Part shown: positions 8,623 to 20,241 of the stretch, in pieces | Position numbering within the stretch: the stretch's first letter is position 1 | Layout: each line of letters starts with the position of its first letter | Assembly (NCBI GenBank): GCA_965544035.1 | Contig: CBEULR010000006.1 | Span: 60,440 to 124,439 of the forward strand | Source: an uncultured Peptococcaceae bacterium | GTDB lineage: Bacteria; Bacillota; Desulfotomaculia; Desulfotomaculales; Desulforudaceae | Reading direction: 5' to 3' | Length of the DNA: 64,000 bases | The notes under the pieces: generated by a model | Told to the model about the DNA's origin: nothing | The model's database searches: none | The model's input: only the letters and a program-made list of their open reading frames with translations | Position numbers and translations under genes: made by a program

Positions 8623-9399
8623 CTACGAATTCTTTTGTGCCGAAACCGGGACCCGCTCCAGGATGTCCTTTACCAAATCCATCGGTAGCGGGAAAACGAT
8701 GGTGTTCGACTTGTCGGAAGAAATCTCGGTCAAGGTCTGCAGGTACCTGAGCTGCATCGAACCGGGTTGGGACGCCAGCACCGCCGCCGCCTCAGACAAC
8801 TTGGCGCTGGCCTGAAACTCACCGTCGGCGTGAATGATCTTCGCCCGCCGCTCACGCTCGGCTGATGCCTGAGCAGCCATTGCGCGCTGCAGCGACTGGG
8901 GCAGCTCAACATCACGGACCTCGACCAAGGTTACCTTGACCCCCCACGGTTCGGTGCCCTCGTCGATGATCTTCCGCAAACGCTGGTTAATCTGATCCCG
9001 GTTGGATAGCAGTTCATCCAATTCGGACTGGCCGAGCACGCTGCGCAAGGTGGTCTGGGCCAACTGCGACGTGGCCCGCATGTGGTCCATAACCTTGAGC
9101 ACCGCATTCCCCGGGTCGACCACCCGGAAGTAGATCACCGCGTTCACTTTCACCGTGACGTTGTCCCGGGTAATGGCCTCCTGCGTAGGAACATCGGCCG
9201 TCACCACACGCAGGTCGACCTTCTCCATCCGCTCAATAATCGGGATGATAAAAAACAGTCCGGGGCCACGCGCACCTACGAAACGACCCAGCCGGAATAT
9301 TACACCGCGCTCGTACTCCTGCACGATTCTAATCGCTGAGGAGAAGAACAGTATCAACAGCGCAATGATTACTCCCCAAAAGGAAATGAACTCAAGCAT
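8623..9399 (-). CDS. SPFH/band-7 (stomatin-like) membrane protein
   Basis: N-terminal TM segment, then [18 protein letters not shown]... the SPFH core. Paired with NfeD upstream. Confidence 0.85.
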   Translation of the reverse strand: MLEFISFWGVIIALLILFFSSAIRIVQEYERGVIFRLGRFVGARGPGLFFIIPIIERMEKVDLRVVTADVPTQEAITRDNVTVKVNAVIYFRVVDPGNAVLKVMDHMRATSQLAQTTLRSVLGQSELDELLSNRDQINQRLRKIIDEGTEPWGVKVTLVEVRDVELPQSLQRAMAAQASAERERRAKIIHADGEFQASAKLSEAAAVLASQPGSMQLRYLQTLTEISSDKSNTIVFPLPMDLVKDILERVPVSAQKNS

Positions 9400-9456
9400 G
9401 TCTCTCTAACCTCCTTACGGTAATAATACCACAATCCGCCATGTTATTACACACAT

Positions 9457-10806
9457 CTATTCTTTGTGGTCGTCGGCACGTTTAACAAAGAGCCGTAAGC
9501 CCTTCTGTCCGACCACCACAACTTCGGCTCCTTCCTCGATCGGTCCTTCTTTGGAGGTCGCACTCCACCGTTCACCTTGCAGCATAATCTCTCCGGTGGG
9601 TTCCAGGGCGCCAACCACCGTACCGGTATCCCCGATGATTCCCTCCATCCCGGTGACCGCCTTTCGGCGATGAGCTTTGATCACCGCCTTCACGGCATAG
9701 GCCACAAAGATCGCCAGCCCGACCACCACCCCGAGGATCACTCCCCAGTTGACAGCAAAGGCCGGTGAACTCCCGGCGAAGAGCATTACTGACCCAATCA
9801 CGATGGAAAACACTCCCCCTGCAGTAAGGAAACCGAAACTGGATACAAACAGTTCCAACCCGAACAGAACAAATCCGAGGATGATCAGTAGAACACCGCC
9901 CCAAGACGCCTCAAGCGTTCCGAGGGAATACAGGGCAATCAGCAGAGAAGCCCCGCCGACTACCCCCGGAAAGATGGAGCCCGGGTTGTAAAACTCAAGC
10001 AAGAGTCCCAGCATGCCCAGGGAGAGAAGAATGTAGGCGATGTTCGGATTGGACAGGGTAAACAGGAACCTTTCCCCGGTGGTCATTTCCACCCGCTCGA
10101 CACTCAGCCCCTGCGTGCGGATATCCCGCTGCGAACCATCGGCCAAAATGACCTGCCTGCCGTCAAGTTGACGGATAAGGTCATCGAGATCGCGGGCCTG
10201 GATATCGATCAGATTGAACTTCATCGCCTCATTATCGGTGTAAGAGCGGCTCTCAATAACCGCCTGCTCGGCCTTCTCGGCGTCACGCCCGCGCAGTTCG
10301 GCGATACTCCGCACCCACGCCGCGGCATCCTCGGTAATCTTGTCCGCCATCGGCCCGGTAATCTCTTCGCCCTGAGCGCCTACCGGATGCGCCGCTCCGA
10401 TCCGGCTGCCCGGGGCCATCGCCGCCACATCGGCCGCAATGGTGATGAAGGTACCGGCCGATCCAGCCCAGCCGCCGGCGGGAGATACGTATACCACTAC
10501 CGGCATCGGCTGGTTCATAATGTACTGCACAATCTCCTGCGTTACGTCATACAAGCCGCCCGGCGTGTTCAGTTCAATGATTGCCAGGGAAGCATTCCGG
10601 TCACGGGCGTATGCCAGTCCACGGTCCAGATAATCCGCGATGACCGGAACGATGGGGCCGTCAACCTTCAGCACCATGATATCTCCGGGACGGGGAGGCG
10701 TGTCAGCGGCCTGCGCCGCAGGCGCCGCAAAAAAGGCCAGACAGATCAGAACCAGGATCAGCGCACCTGCCCGCCGTCTCCATCGTACCATCCAACCCAC
10801 TGTCAA
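9457..10806 (-). CDS. NfeD-family membrane-bound ClpP-class serine protease
   Basis: Signal peptide, ClpP-like domain (NTPGG..SAGTFI..), multi-TM block and a C-terminal NfeD OB domain. This is the canonical partner of an SPFH gene. Confidence 0.85.
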   Translation of the reverse strand: MTVGWMVRWRRRAGALILVLICLAFFAAPAAQAADTPPRPGDIMVLKVDGPIVPVIADYLDRGLAYARDRNASLAIIELNTPGGLYDVTQEIVQYIMNQPMPVVVYVSPAGGWAGSAGTFITIAADVAAMAPGSRIGAAHPVGAQGEEITGPMADKITEDAAAWVRSIAELRGRDAEKAEQAVIESRSYTDNEAMKFNLIDIQARDLDDLIRQLDGRQVILADGSQRDIRTQGLSVERVEMTTGERFLFTLSNPNIAYILLSLGMLGLLLEFYNPGSIFPGVVGGASLLIALYSLGTLEASWGGVLLIILGFVLFGLELFVSSFGFLTAGGVFSIVIGSVMLFAGSSPAFAVNWGVILGVVVGLAIFVAYAVKAVIKAHRRKAVTGMEGIIGDTGTVVGALEPTGEIMLQGERWSATSKEGPIEEGAEVVVVGQKGLRLFVKRADDHKE

Positions 10807-10842
10807 ACGCCCCCTTTCCCGTATTCAAACATCCTGCATCAT

Positions 10843-12552
10843 TCAGCCATCCGCCAGTACCCGTCGGACGGTGTCGACCAGCGCATCCGTTTCCACCAGC
10901 TGCATTTCCTTGTCCCGCCGACGCAGCACTTCTACCTGGCCATCAGCCGCCTTTTTCCCGACCGTGACCCGAACCGGGTAACCGACCAGATCGGCATCCT
11001 TGAATTTGACACCCGGACGCTCGGCCCGGTCGTCAATGATGGTGTCGATCCCGGCCTTCCGTAATTCCTGATACACTTTTTCCGCCACCGCGGCTTGCGT
11101 TTCATCCTTCATATTCACGGGCACCACAACCACGCTGAACGGAGCAATGGAGGCCGGCCAGATAATCCCGTCGGCATCATAGTTCTGTTCCACAGCGGCC
11201 GCCATCGTGCGGCTCACTCCGATCCCGTAGCACCCCATCACCACAGGTTTCTCCTCACCCCGCTCATCCAGATAATTGAGCCCGAGCGCCTTGGAATACT
11301 TTACGCCCAGTTTAAAAACCTGGCCCACCTCGATCCCGCGCCGGGATTTCAAGCGTGCCCCGCAGTGAATACAGACATCACCCTCAGCTACCACACGTAT
11401 GTCAGCGACCAGGTCGGGCTTAAAATCACGGCCGGGGTTAACATTCCGGTAATGGGCATCCGCCTGATTCGCCCCGGTAATACAGTTAACCATATTCACC
11501 ACTTCCTCGTCAACCACGAGGGTCTGCACATCCAGGCCGACCGGACCGGCAAATCCGACCGGGGCTCCGGTCACACGCCTGATTGTTTCCGGTTCGGCCA
11601 GTTCGAGCCGCACCGTTTGAACCAGATTCTGCAGCTTGACCTCATTGACCTCGCGGTCACCGCGTACCAGCGCCGCAACCACTCCTTCATCAGTCTCATA
11701 AAGCAGGGTTTTCACCAGCCGTTCCGGTCCCACCCCGAGAAAAGCGCAAACATCCTCCACCGTCTTCATCCCCGGGGTTTGCACCAATTCGACCGATGCC
11801 GGGAGTTCATCATTCGCCGCCGTGCGAGGCTTGGCAAAAGCCTTCTCCACGTTGGCGGCATAACCGCATTCGGCCTCCGGGCAGTAGATTATGGTAGCCT
11901 CTCCGGAATCGGCCAGCACCATAAACTCATGGCTGACATTTCCGCCAATCGGCCCCGAATCGGCCTCCACCGGCCTGAATTCCAGCCCGCAGCGGCTAAA
12001 GATCCTCTGATACGCCTCGTACATCTTATGATAGCTGACATCGAGACCGGCCTCATCGCGGTCGAACGAGTAGAGATCCTTCATGATGAACTCACGTCCC
12101 CGCATCAGCCCAAACCGGGGACGGCGTTCATCGCGGTACTTGTTCTGAATCTGGTAAAGCAGCAGCGGAAGCTGCTTGTAGGAACGAACTTCCCCCTTGA
12201 CCAGTTCGGTGATGATCTCTTCGTGCGTCGGCCCCAGGCAAAAGTCCCGTCCGTGGCGATCCTTCAACCGGAACAGCTCCGGTCCGTATACATTCCAGCG
12301 GCCCGATTCCAGCCACAGTTCGGCCGGCTGTATAATCGGGAGCAGGATTTCCTGACCGCCGGCGCGATTCATCTCTTCGCGCACGATGGCCTTGATCTTG
12401 GCCAAAACCCGCTGGGCAAGCGGCAGGTAAGTGTATACTCCCGACGCAGCCTTGCGTATGAAACCCGCCCGCAGCAACAGCTGGTGGCTGACAATCTCGG
12501 CTTCTGCCGGCACTTCTCTCAGGGTGGGAACCAGGTATTCCGACAATCTCAC
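10843..12552 (-). CDS. proS: proline--tRNA ligase
   Basis: 569 aa. [34 protein letters not shown], class II motifs and an editing domain. Confidence 0.95.
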   Translation of the reverse strand: MRLSEYLVPTLREVPAEAEIVSHQLLLRAGFIRKAASGVYTYLPLAQRVLAKIKAIVREEMNRAGGQEILLPIIQPAELWLESGRWNVYGPELFRLKDRHGRDFCLGPTHEEIITELVKGEVRSYKQLPLLLYQIQNKYRDERRPRFGLMRGREFIMKDLYSFDRDEAGLDVSYHKMYEAYQRIFSRCGLEFRPVEADSGPIGGNVSHEFMVLADSGEATIIYCPEAECGYAANVEKAFAKPRTAANDELPASVELVQTPGMKTVEDVCAFLGVGPERLVKTLLYETDEGVVAALVRGDREVNEVKLQNLVQTVRLELAEPETIRRVTGAPVGFAGPVGLDVQTLVVDEEVVNMVNCITGANQADAHYRNVNPGRDFKPDLVADIRVVAEGDVCIHCGARLKSRRGIEVGQVFKLGVKYSKALGLNYLDERGEEKPVVMGCYGIGVSRTMAAAVEQNYDADGIIWPASIAPFSVVVVPVNMKDETQAAVAEKVYQELRKAGIDTIIDDRAERPGVKFKDADLVGYPVRVTVGKKAADGQVEVLRRRDKEMQLVETDALVDTVRRVLADG

Positions 12553-12564
12553 TGTTGCGGCCTC

Positions 12565-13638
12565 CTATTCGTTCGATTCTCTGCACATCCGATCGATTTC
12601 CTCCATCAGTGCCTCAACCAACTCGGCCTCCGGCACAGTGCGCACGATTTCTCCCCTGCGGAAGAGCACCCCCATGCCCTTACCACCGGCGATCCCGACA
12701 TCGGCCTCACGAGCTTCGCCGGGACCGTTTACCACGCACCCCATCACGGCCACCTTCAGCGGGCGGGTCACACTCTGCAGCCTCTCCTCAACAGTGGTGG
12801 CAATACCGATGAGGTCGATCTGGGTGCGTGCGCAGGTCGGACACGAAATCAGCTCAACCCCACGCTGTCTGAGGCCCAATGCCTTCAGGATCTCATAGCC
12901 GGCCCAGACTTCGTGCCGGGGTGGCGCAGTCAGTGAAACGCGTATGGTGTCACCGATCCCTTCGGCCAGCAGAATACCGATCCCCACGGCTGATTTCACC
13001 AGACCCCCGCGCAGGGTCCCGGCCTCGGTCACCCCGACATGGAACGGGTAATCAACACGGCGGGCCAGGAGACGGTATGCCTCCACCATCAGGGGCACAT
13101 TGCTGGCCTTCAGAGATATCTTCATATGGGGATAATTGAGGTCTTCGAGGATCCCAATGTGCTGGAGAGCACTCTCCACCATCGCCTCGGCGGTGGGACC
13201 TCCGTACCGGGCAAGCAACCGCTTGTCCAAAGATCCGGCATTAACACCGATCCGAATCGGCACCGTCCGATCGCGTGCCGCCTCAACAACGGCGGCCACC
13301 TTCTCCCGGCCGCCGATGTTGCCCGGATTCAGGCGCAGTCCGTCAACGCCGGCCTTCAGCGCGGCCACCGCAAGCCGGTGACTAAAATGAATGTCGGCCA
13401 CCAGAGGGACATCCGGCACCGCGCGGCGAATGTCCCGGAGTGCTTCCGCCGCTTCATCATCCGGTACCGCCAGACGGACCAAGTCGCAGCCGACATCGAC
13501 CAGTTCCCGGATTTGGGCGACCGTTGAAGCCGTATCGCGGGTATCGGTGTTAGTCATCGACTGCACTGAAATCGGGGCGTCACCGCCCACCTTAAGCTTA
13601 CCGATGTACACCGTCCGGCTCTTTCTACGCATTTTCAA
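12565..13638 (-). CDS. ispG: 4-hydroxy-3-methylbut-2-en-1-yl diphosphate synthase
   Basis: YIGKLKVGGDAPISVQSMTNTDT and a C-terminal CPTCARTQ..GCVVNGPGE cluster motif. Confidence 0.95.
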   Translation of the reverse strand: MKMRRKSRTVYIGKLKVGGDAPISVQSMTNTDTRDTASTVAQIRELVDVGCDLVRLAVPDDEAAEALRDIRRAVPDVPLVADIHFSHRLAVAALKAGVDGLRLNPGNIGGREKVAAVVEAARDRTVPIRIGVNAGSLDKRLLARYGGPTAEAMVESALQHIGILEDLNYPHMKISLKASNVPLMVEAYRLLARRVDYPFHVGVTEAGTLRGGLVKSAVGIGILLAEGIGDTIRVSLTAPPRHEVWAGYEILKALGLRQRGVELISCPTCARTQIDLIGIATTVEERLQSVTRPLKVAVMGCVVNGPGEAREADVGIAGGKGMGVLFRRGEIVRTVPEAELVEALMEEIDRMCRESNE

Positions 13639-13661
13639 TCAAAACTCCAAGCTTCAGTATT

Positions 13662-14678
13662 TCAAAAAAGCTGCCTGATGTCGTTATAGGTGATGACCAC
13701 AAACAGCATCAGCAGGAGAGCAAAGCCCACAAGGTGAAAAGCACCCTCCTTTTCGGGGCTGATCGGGCGGCGCGTAATCCCCTCCCAGGTGAGAAACATC
13801 AGCCGGCTTCCGTCCAGGGCCGGTATCGGAAACAGATTGAACAGGCCCAGGTTCACACTCAGAAAAGCCGCCATATTCAGCAGCATTATCATCCCCTGTT
13901 GGGCCGCAATGCCGATCTCACTCACAATTCGCACCGGTCCGCCCACATCCAGCGGGGCCTGATTGAAAATCATCTGCCCGAGAAACGTGATGATTAATGC
14001 GGTCAGCTGAACGGTGTACTCCACACCACCGACGAGGGCCCGGATCACACCAGCCTTTTCCAAAGCCGCCTGCGGCACGATGCCAATCAACACCCGGTCA
14101 TCCACCGGTTCGGGCGTAACCGAGATATCCTGCCGGAGTCCGTCGCGCTCCACGGTAATTACCAGCGGTACCCCCGGGTTTCTTTCGATGGTATTCGCCA
14201 GTTCATCCCAGTTCGTGATCTCCCGGCCATCAATCGCTACAATGCGGTCTCCGGGCTCGATGCCGGCCGTCTCCGCCGGATGGCCCGGCAGCACTTCCTG
14301 AACCGTTGTCGAGGCCACCGGATACCCCTGAATCATAAAGATGGCCGCAAAGAGCACCGCCGCCAGCACGAAATTCATGAAGGGACCGGCGAAAATCACC
14401 GCCATACGGGTCCTCAGGGGTTTATACTTGAAGCTCTGGTGCCGTTCAACCTCCTCTTCGTTCGGATCCATCCCGGCCATTCGCACAAAACCGCCCAGGG
14501 GGACCGCCCGCAAACTGTAATCGGTATCCCCCCGTTTAAACCCGAACAGCTTCGGACCAAACCCGAGCGCAAACTCATACACCAGCACCCCGGCCCGTTT
14601 GGCCACAAGAAAATGCCCCAGCTCATGAATAAATATCAGCAGACCGAAAATAACAATTGCGGCTATAGCCGTCGTCAT
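13662..14678 (-). CDS. rseP: RIP metalloprotease RseP (site-2 protease, M50)
   Basis: HELGHF zinc motif in TM1 and a PDZ domain. ATG 14678 overlaps the dxr stop (TGATG). The ORF-track start 14726 is an extension. Confidence 0.85.
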   Translation of the reverse strand: MTTAIAAIVIFGLLIFIHELGHFLVAKRAGVLVYEFALGFGPKLFGFKRGDTDYSLRAVPLGGFVRMAGMDPNEEEVERHQSFKYKPLRTRMAVIFAGPFMNFVLAAVLFAAIFMIQGYPVASTTVQEVLPGHPAETAGIEPGDRIVAIDGREITNWDELANTIERNPGVPLVITVERDGLRQDISVTPEPVDDRVLIGIVPQAALEKAGVIRALVGGVEYTVQLTALIITFLGQMIFNQAPLDVGGPVRIVSEIGIAAQQGMIMLLNMAAFLSVNLGLFNLFPIPALDGSRLMFLTWEGITRRPISPEKEGAFHLVGFALLLMLFVVITYNDIRQLF

Positions 14679-15835
14679 CAGCCGTTCACCTTCCCAATAA
14701 TTCCACCGGCCCGTTCGCGGGCCCACGCATCAGCGGCCAGGATCTCGCTCAGGCTGGGACGCTGCACGACCTCATGCGCGTCCAGCACCTGCTGAACCGT
14801 TCGAACAATGTCATAGTACCCGATGCTCCCCTGCAGAAAGGCATTCACCGCCACTTCATTCGCCGCGTTCATTACGCAGGGAGCCGTTCCTCCGGCACGT
14901 CCCGCCTCATAGGCCACTCTCAGGGCCGGGAAGCGCTCGAAATCAGGCTCCTCAAAGGTTAGACCGCCGATATGTGCCAGGTCAAGCGCCGGAAGATCCA
15001 TCTCCCACCGATCCGGGTAGGTGAGTGCGTACTGGATCGGCATCCGCATATCGGTTACACCCATGGAAGCAATAACGGTACCATCAGTCAAGCGGGCCAT
15101 CCCGTGCACGATGCTCTGGGGATGCACCAGCACCTCGATCTCGTCGTAACCGACGTCAAACAGCCAGCGGGCTTCGATCACTTCAAGCCCCTTGTTCATC
15201 AAAGTGGCTGAATCCACGGTGATTTTCGGGCCCATCGACCAGGTCGGGTGGCGCAGGGCATCCGCGGCCGTCACCTGCTCCATCCGTTCCTTCGCCCAGG
15301 TGCGGAACGGACCGCCCGAGGCCGTGAGTATGATACTCTTCACCTCGGTCCGCCGGCTCGAAATGCACTGCCAAACGGCCGAGTGTTCACTATCCACGGG
15401 AAGCAACTGAACCGCCATACCAATCGTCATTTCGGTAATCAGCTCACCCGCGGCCACCAGCGTTTCCTTATTGGCCAGAGCAATATCTTTCCCCGACGCA
15501 ATGGCGTCAACCGTCGGGATAAGTCCCGCTGTACCCGTAACAGCCACCAGAACGGTATCGGCATCGGGTACGCAGGCCACCTCCCGTAAGCCCTCTTCGC
15601 CGTACACCACCTCGGTACCCGATCCCAATCGCACCTTCACGCGTTCGGCATCTTCACGAGTCGCAACCGAAACCATTTGCGGCCTAAACCGTGCCGCTTG
15701 TTCCGCCAACCGCTCCCAATTACGCCCCGCCGCCAAACCAACCACCGATATCCGGCCTTCTTGCGAAGCGACCACATCCAGAGCCTGACGACCAATCGAT
15801 CCTGTACTGCCCAAGATTGATATTCTCTTTGCCAT
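14678..15835 (-). CDS. dxr: 1-deoxy-D-xylulose 5-phosphate reductoisomerase
   Basis: [22 protein letters not shown]-binding N-terminus; full-length Dxr. Confidence 0.95.
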   Translation of the reverse strand: MAKRISILGSTGSIGRQALDVVASQEGRISVVGLAAGRNWERLAEQAARFRPQMVSVATREDAERVKVRLGSGTEVVYGEEGLREVACVPDADTVLVAVTGTAGLIPTVDAIASGKDIALANKETLVAAGELITEMTIGMAVQLLPVDSEHSAVWQCISSRRTEVKSIILTASGGPFRTWAKERMEQVTAADALRHPTWSMGPKITVDSATLMNKGLEVIEARWLFDVGYDEIEVLVHPQSIVHGMARLTDGTVIASMGVTDMRMPIQYALTYPDRWEMDLPALDLAHIGGLTFEEPDFERFPALRVAYEAGRAGGTAPCVMNAANEVAVNAFLQGSIGYYDIVRTVQQVLDAHEVVQRPSLSEILAADAWARERAGGIIGKVNG

Positions 15836-15860
15836 TATAACCCTTTCTACCTTGAATATA

Positions 15861-16015
15861 GTAGTAGTGAGTATCCAGTATCTAGTAGCATTCCACGGCT
15901 ACTGCCCCGAAAGTAGCTTGATAGCCTCGTGTCATCCGTGATTGCTTACTCCCGGAATTTGGTTGAGTGCCGGGCACAAGTCGTCCGGAGGTAAACACTG
16001 GATACTCACTACTGG
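15861..16015. repeat. composite repeat (copy H2): heptamer palindrome enclosing degenerate foldback-element ends
   Basis: AGTAGTGAGTATCCAGT (15863-15879) is a perfect inverted repeat of ACTGGATACTCACTACT (15997-16013). Inside are CGTGTCATCCG (15928-15938) and GCACAAGTCGTCCGGAGGTAAACAC (15974-15998), which resemble the family terminus. Confidence 0.6.
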
Positions 16016-16027
16016 CTACTGGTTTTC

Positions 16028-17104
16028 TCAATTCCCCTTCCAGGCCGTCATTCCTGCCTTGATCGCCGCCTGCACAATTACCAGCGTGATCGGCCCCAAG
16101 ACCAAACCCAAGAAACCGATTGTCTTTAGTCCGATAAACATCGCTGCCAAGACGGCCAGCGGGTGCACCCCCAGATTCATCGACACGACCTTTGCCTCCA
16201 GAAAACCACGCACCAGAAACAGGATTACATACAGAACCAAAAGCTGCCAGGCTAATCCCGCCGATCCGGTGAAAAAAGACCAGACGATCCAGGGAATGAA
16301 TATCGTACTCGGGCCGACGACCGGAATGAAGTCGAAGACCCCGGTCACCAACGCGATCGTCACCGCATACGGCTGGCCGATGATCAACAGACCGACCAGA
16401 GTAATGGTAATCGTTATGCTGACCAGCATCAGCTGTGCCCGTAAGAAAGCGACAAATGCTCCGAACCCTTGACGGATCACCAAGAGGCTCCTTTCTCCCA
16501 AAGGGTGGGGCATAAGCCGCAGCCACAGGCCGGTAATCGCCTTCTTATCCCGACTGAAGAAGTAGGTGGCCAGAACGGTGACGATGAGGATGAGCACCAG
16601 AGCAGGAACACCGGACAAAACACTAAGTGCGGTATTGACCGTGGAACGCAGAAATCCCTCGACGCTCGCCACCAAAGAGAGCATAAAATCCTCAAGCCAC
16701 TCGGCAACGGAAGCGGGCAAAGCGGTGTACAGTCTGATGCCCTCATCAACCCAGCCCTCGGTCACCTGCCGCAGCGAACCAATATGGTGCGGCAGCCGTG
16801 TGGACAGCTGTACCAACTCGCCAACCAACCGCAGCAGCGCCCAGAAAAAGATGCTCCCCAATAAGCCGAGCAGGGCGATCATCGTGGTAAAAACAGCAAC
16901 ACCCCGCGGAAACCGAGCCCTGTTCTGCAGGAAATCAACGGCAGGTTCTATTGAAAGCGCCACGATAATCGCCACAAAAAACGGAAGCAGTATCGGCAGC
17001 AGATAGCGTGCGGCATACGCCAGGATAATCAGGTTCAGCGTGACCAGCAACAGTGTCCCTGCCGCCCAACAGGTGTTCTTTACCCACTGCGGCACAATCT
17101 TCAC
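16028..17104 (-). CDS. AI-2E family transporter (PerM/UPF0118)
   Basis: 358 aa with about 8 TM segments and a typical AI-2E layout. Family assignment is by overall resemblance. Confidence 0.75.
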   Translation of the reverse strand: MKIVPQWVKNTCWAAGTLLLVTLNLIILAYAARYLLPILLPFFVAIIVALSIEPAVDFLQNRARFPRGVAVFTTMIALLGLLGSIFFWALLRLVGELVQLSTRLPHHIGSLRQVTEGWVDEGIRLYTALPASVAEWLEDFMLSLVASVEGFLRSTVNTALSVLSGVPALVLILIVTVLATYFFSRDKKAITGLWLRLMPHPLGERSLLVIRQGFGAFVAFLRAQLMLVSITITITLVGLLIIGQPYAVTIALVTGVFDFIPVVGPSTIFIPWIVWSFFTGSAGLAWQLLVLYVILFLVRGFLEAKVVSMNLGVHPLAVLAAMFIGLKTIGFLGLVLGPITLVIVQAAIKAGMTAWKGN

Positions 17105-17109
17105 CTCAA

Positions 17110-17886
17110 TTATTGAAACAGGACAACAAAATAATATACCAGCGGTGCGGTAATCATCAAACTGTCAAACCGGTCCAACACCCCGCCGTGACCTGGTAGA
17201 AGTCTGCCGGAGTCCTTCGCATTTACGGGTCGTTTGAATGCTGAGGCCGCAAGATCCCCCGACTGCGCCGCCAAGGCCAGGGCCACCCCCAGGAAGAACA
17301 AATCAGGCGCAACTGTGTCGAGCAGGAAGTGCCCGAAGGCGGATACCATCACCACGGCACCGACAGCACCCCCGATCAGCCCTTCGAGTGACTTTTTCGG
17401 ACTCAGGAGCGGCGTGATGCGAATCCGGCCAACGGCCGTACCCACCAGATAGCCGAATGTATCAAAGGCCCACGTTCCGAATAGAAGAATCAGCAGCCAT
17501 GCCCAACCGTCAGGCAGGCCGCGAATCAGATAGATGAAATACAGGAGCGACGGGTAAAAAACGGCTATGGCTGTGCCGGCGGCAGCTTGCGGCGAAAAGC
17601 GGGGGTAAGACAGGACCATTGCCGCCAGAATCGTGACGATCACCGCCGCAAAGCCCGGACCCGGAAAGCTTTCACCCTCAAAGTATGCGGCGGCCGCCAG
17701 GATTAGCCCACCGACAAAAACCAGGCCGCGGTGCGGCCTAAGCTCCCGTAAGAGGCCCATGAGTTCATTTTGTGTGATCAGAACCAACACTCCGACCGCA
17801 GCCAGCAGCCAGACGCCGCCCAACCAACCAACCAATAGAACAAGCGGAACTCCCAGCAAGGCGGTGAGGATGCGCGTCACGATCAT
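17110..17886 (-). CDS. cdsA: phosphatidate cytidylyltransferase
   Basis: Polytopic protein. C-terminal signature SAFKRxxxxKDSGxLLPGHGGVLDRFDS. Confidence 0.85.
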   Translation of the reverse strand: MIVTRILTALLGVPLVLLVGWLGGVWLLAAVGVLVLITQNELMGLLRELRPHRGLVFVGGLILAAAAYFEGESFPGPGFAAVIVTILAAMVLSYPRFSPQAAAGTAIAVFYPSLLYFIYLIRGLPDGWAWLLILLFGTWAFDTFGYLVGTAVGRIRITPLLSPKKSLEGLIGGAVGAVVMVSAFGHFLLDTVAPDLFFLGVALALAAQSGDLAASAFKRPVNAKDSGRLLPGHGGVLDRFDSLMITAPLVYYFVVLFQ

Positions 17887-18638
17887 CCATTCCGCCCCCC
17901 AAACCGCCGTTCCCGCCTTTGGTAATCGATGATCGCCTGCCGGATGTGCTCCCGCCTGAAGTCAGGCCAGAGTACAGGCGTTACCCAGAGTTCGCTGTAT
18001 GCAATCTGCCACAGCAGAAAATTACTCAGGCGATACTCACCTGCCGGCCGGATCAGCAGATCGGGATCGGGCATCCCGGCAGTGTAGAGATGGTCGGCGA
18101 ACATCTGTTCATCAATCACCAGCGGATCGATCTTCCCTTCTGCCGCCTTAAGCGCCAGGCTTCTTACCGCATCCAGGATCTCCATCCGTCCGCCGTAGTT
18201 CAAGGCCAGATTTAGGTGCAACCGGGTATTGGCCGCTGTCCTGGATTCCGCAGTTCTTAGAGCCTCGCAGGCAGCCGGAGGCAGGGCATCCGGCCTTCCC
18301 AGACTCTTGATCCGTACTCCGTTCGCGTTTAACTCGTCAATTTCCTTATATAAATACTCGACCAGGAGCCCCATCAGATCGTCAACCTCGTCTTTGGGCC
18401 GTTTCCAGTTTTCTGTAGAAAAAGTGTAGGCAGTCAGATAGGGAATACCGATTTCGGCACAATACCGCACTATATCGCGCAGGGCTTCAGCACCTGCCCG
18501 GTGTCCCATAACCTTGGGCAGGCCCTGTTTTTTCGCCCAGCGGCTGTTCCCATCCATGATAACCGCCAGGTGAAGAGGCAGCCTTTCGGTGTCGATATCA
18601 CTATCCTTCGTCTTTTCTTTGCGTTGCGGTTTCCACAC
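17883..18638 (-). CDS. uppS: isoprenyl transferase (undecaprenyl diphosphate synthase)
   Basis: HLAVIMDGNSRWAK motif. The likely start is GTG 18638 (AGGGAGG upstream), giving about 251 aa. The ORF-track start 18746 is over-extended. Confidence 0.85.
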   Translation of the reverse strand: MWKPQRKEKTKDSDIDTERLPLHLAVIMDGNSRWAKKQGLPKVMGHRAGAEALRDIVRYCAEIGIPYLTAYTFSTENWKRPKDEVDDLMGLLVEYLYKEIDELNANGVRIKSLGRPDALPPAACEALRTAESRTAANTRLHLNLALNYGGRMEILDAVRSLALKAAEGKIDPLVIDEQMFADHLYTAGMPDPDLLIRPAGEYRLSNFLLWQIAYSELWVTPVLWPDFRREHIRQAIIDYQRRERRFGGRNG

Positions 18639-18693
18639 CCCTGTTCGCCTCCCTATAGCAAAGCCCCCCGGGTCGGGGGGCTTTTCGCATGTG

Positions 18694-18939
18694 CTACAAA
18701 CCGGGATTGTCACCAGGTCCACATCCTGAGCATCCCACGCCTGCACCCTCGTAAGCCACGATCAGTTCTACGGCGCGTTCACCGGTCACAGTCACCCGCA
18801 AGACCCGCGGCGGCCTAGCTTCAGCTATGTTCTCCCGGCGGGGGGGATAGGTCGTCACCACCGAGGTTTCCCACCCTTCGTCGGTCAGAATCTGCAGCGC
18901 CTCGTCCAGTCTGAAGCCGAGAACATCCGGCACAGGCAT
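18694..18939 (-). CDS. small PASTA-like domain protein (hypothetical)
   Basis: 81 aa. VPDVLGFRLDEALQILTDEGWE resembles the start of a PASTA domain. It begins 3 nt after the frr stop. Weak Shine-Dalgarno sequence. Confidence 0.4.
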   Translation of the reverse strand: MPVPDVLGFRLDEALQILTDEGWETSVVTTYPPRRENIAEARPPRVLRVTVTGERAVELIVAYEGAGVGCSGCGPGDNPGL

Positions 18940-18942
18940 CCT

Positions 18943-19497
18943 CTATATCTCCATGATTTCCTTTTCTTTTTCCGCGACCACACTGTCAACCTCCTTGACG
19001 TAGCGGTCGGTCAGTTTCTGTGCTTCATCCTGGTAACGCTTCAGGTCGTCTTCGGAGTACCCGGCGTTCTTCTGTTCCGATTTCAGCTGATCCATAGTGT
19101 CGCGGCGGATATTGCGCACGGCCACCTTGCCTTCCTCACCTTTCTTGCGCACGAACTTGACCAGTTCCTTCCGCCTTTCCTCGGTCAGCTGGGGGATCGC
19201 CAGACGAATCACGTTACCGTCCGACGCAGGCGTGATCCCCAAATCGGACTTCATAATCGCGCGTTCTATATCACCGATACTCCCCTTATCCCAAGGCTGA
19301 ATCACCAGCAACCTCGGTTCGGGGACCGAAATTGTGGCCAGCTGACTTATCGGGGTCGGGGTACCGTAATAGTCCACGTTAATCCGGTCCAGGAGCGCCG
19401 GCGTCGCCCGCCCCGCACGCAAAGATGCGAACTCTCTCTTTACGACCTCGATCGTCTTTTGCATGCTCTGTTCGGCGTTTTCAATAATCTCACGCAT
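18943..19497 (-). CDS. frr: ribosome recycling factor
   Basis: 184 aa. Typical RRF sequence and position between pyrH and uppS. Confidence 0.95.
   Translation of the reverse strand: MREIIENAEQSMQKTIEVVKREFASLRAGRATPALLDRINVDYYGTPTPISQLATISVPEPRLLVIQPWDKGSIGDIERAIMKSDLGITPASDGNVIRLAIPQLTEERRKELVKFVRKKGEEGKVAVRNIRRDTMDQLKSEQKNAGYSEDDLKRYQDEAQKLTDRYVKEVDSVVAEKEKEIMEI

Positions 19498-20241
<744 letters not shown>

Noticed and set aside
11095-12936. Very long antisense ORFs (11095..12936, 25577..27109, 51950..53533, 55956..57383, 36229..37296, 40905..41969, 6123..6956 and others)
   Set aside because: These are shadow ORFs opposite well-identified genes (proS/ispG, trmFO, flxAB, hdrA, spoVR, yhbH, ribD). 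They are low-complexity, Arg/Pro/Gly-rich products typical of GC-rich antisense frames.
15882-16526. 214-aa ORF overlapping the H2 repeat and the AI-2E permease gene
   Set aside because: It is an alternative frame of the permease gene on the same (minus) strand, it runs into the repeat at its C-terminal (downstream) end, and its product has no coherent domain features.
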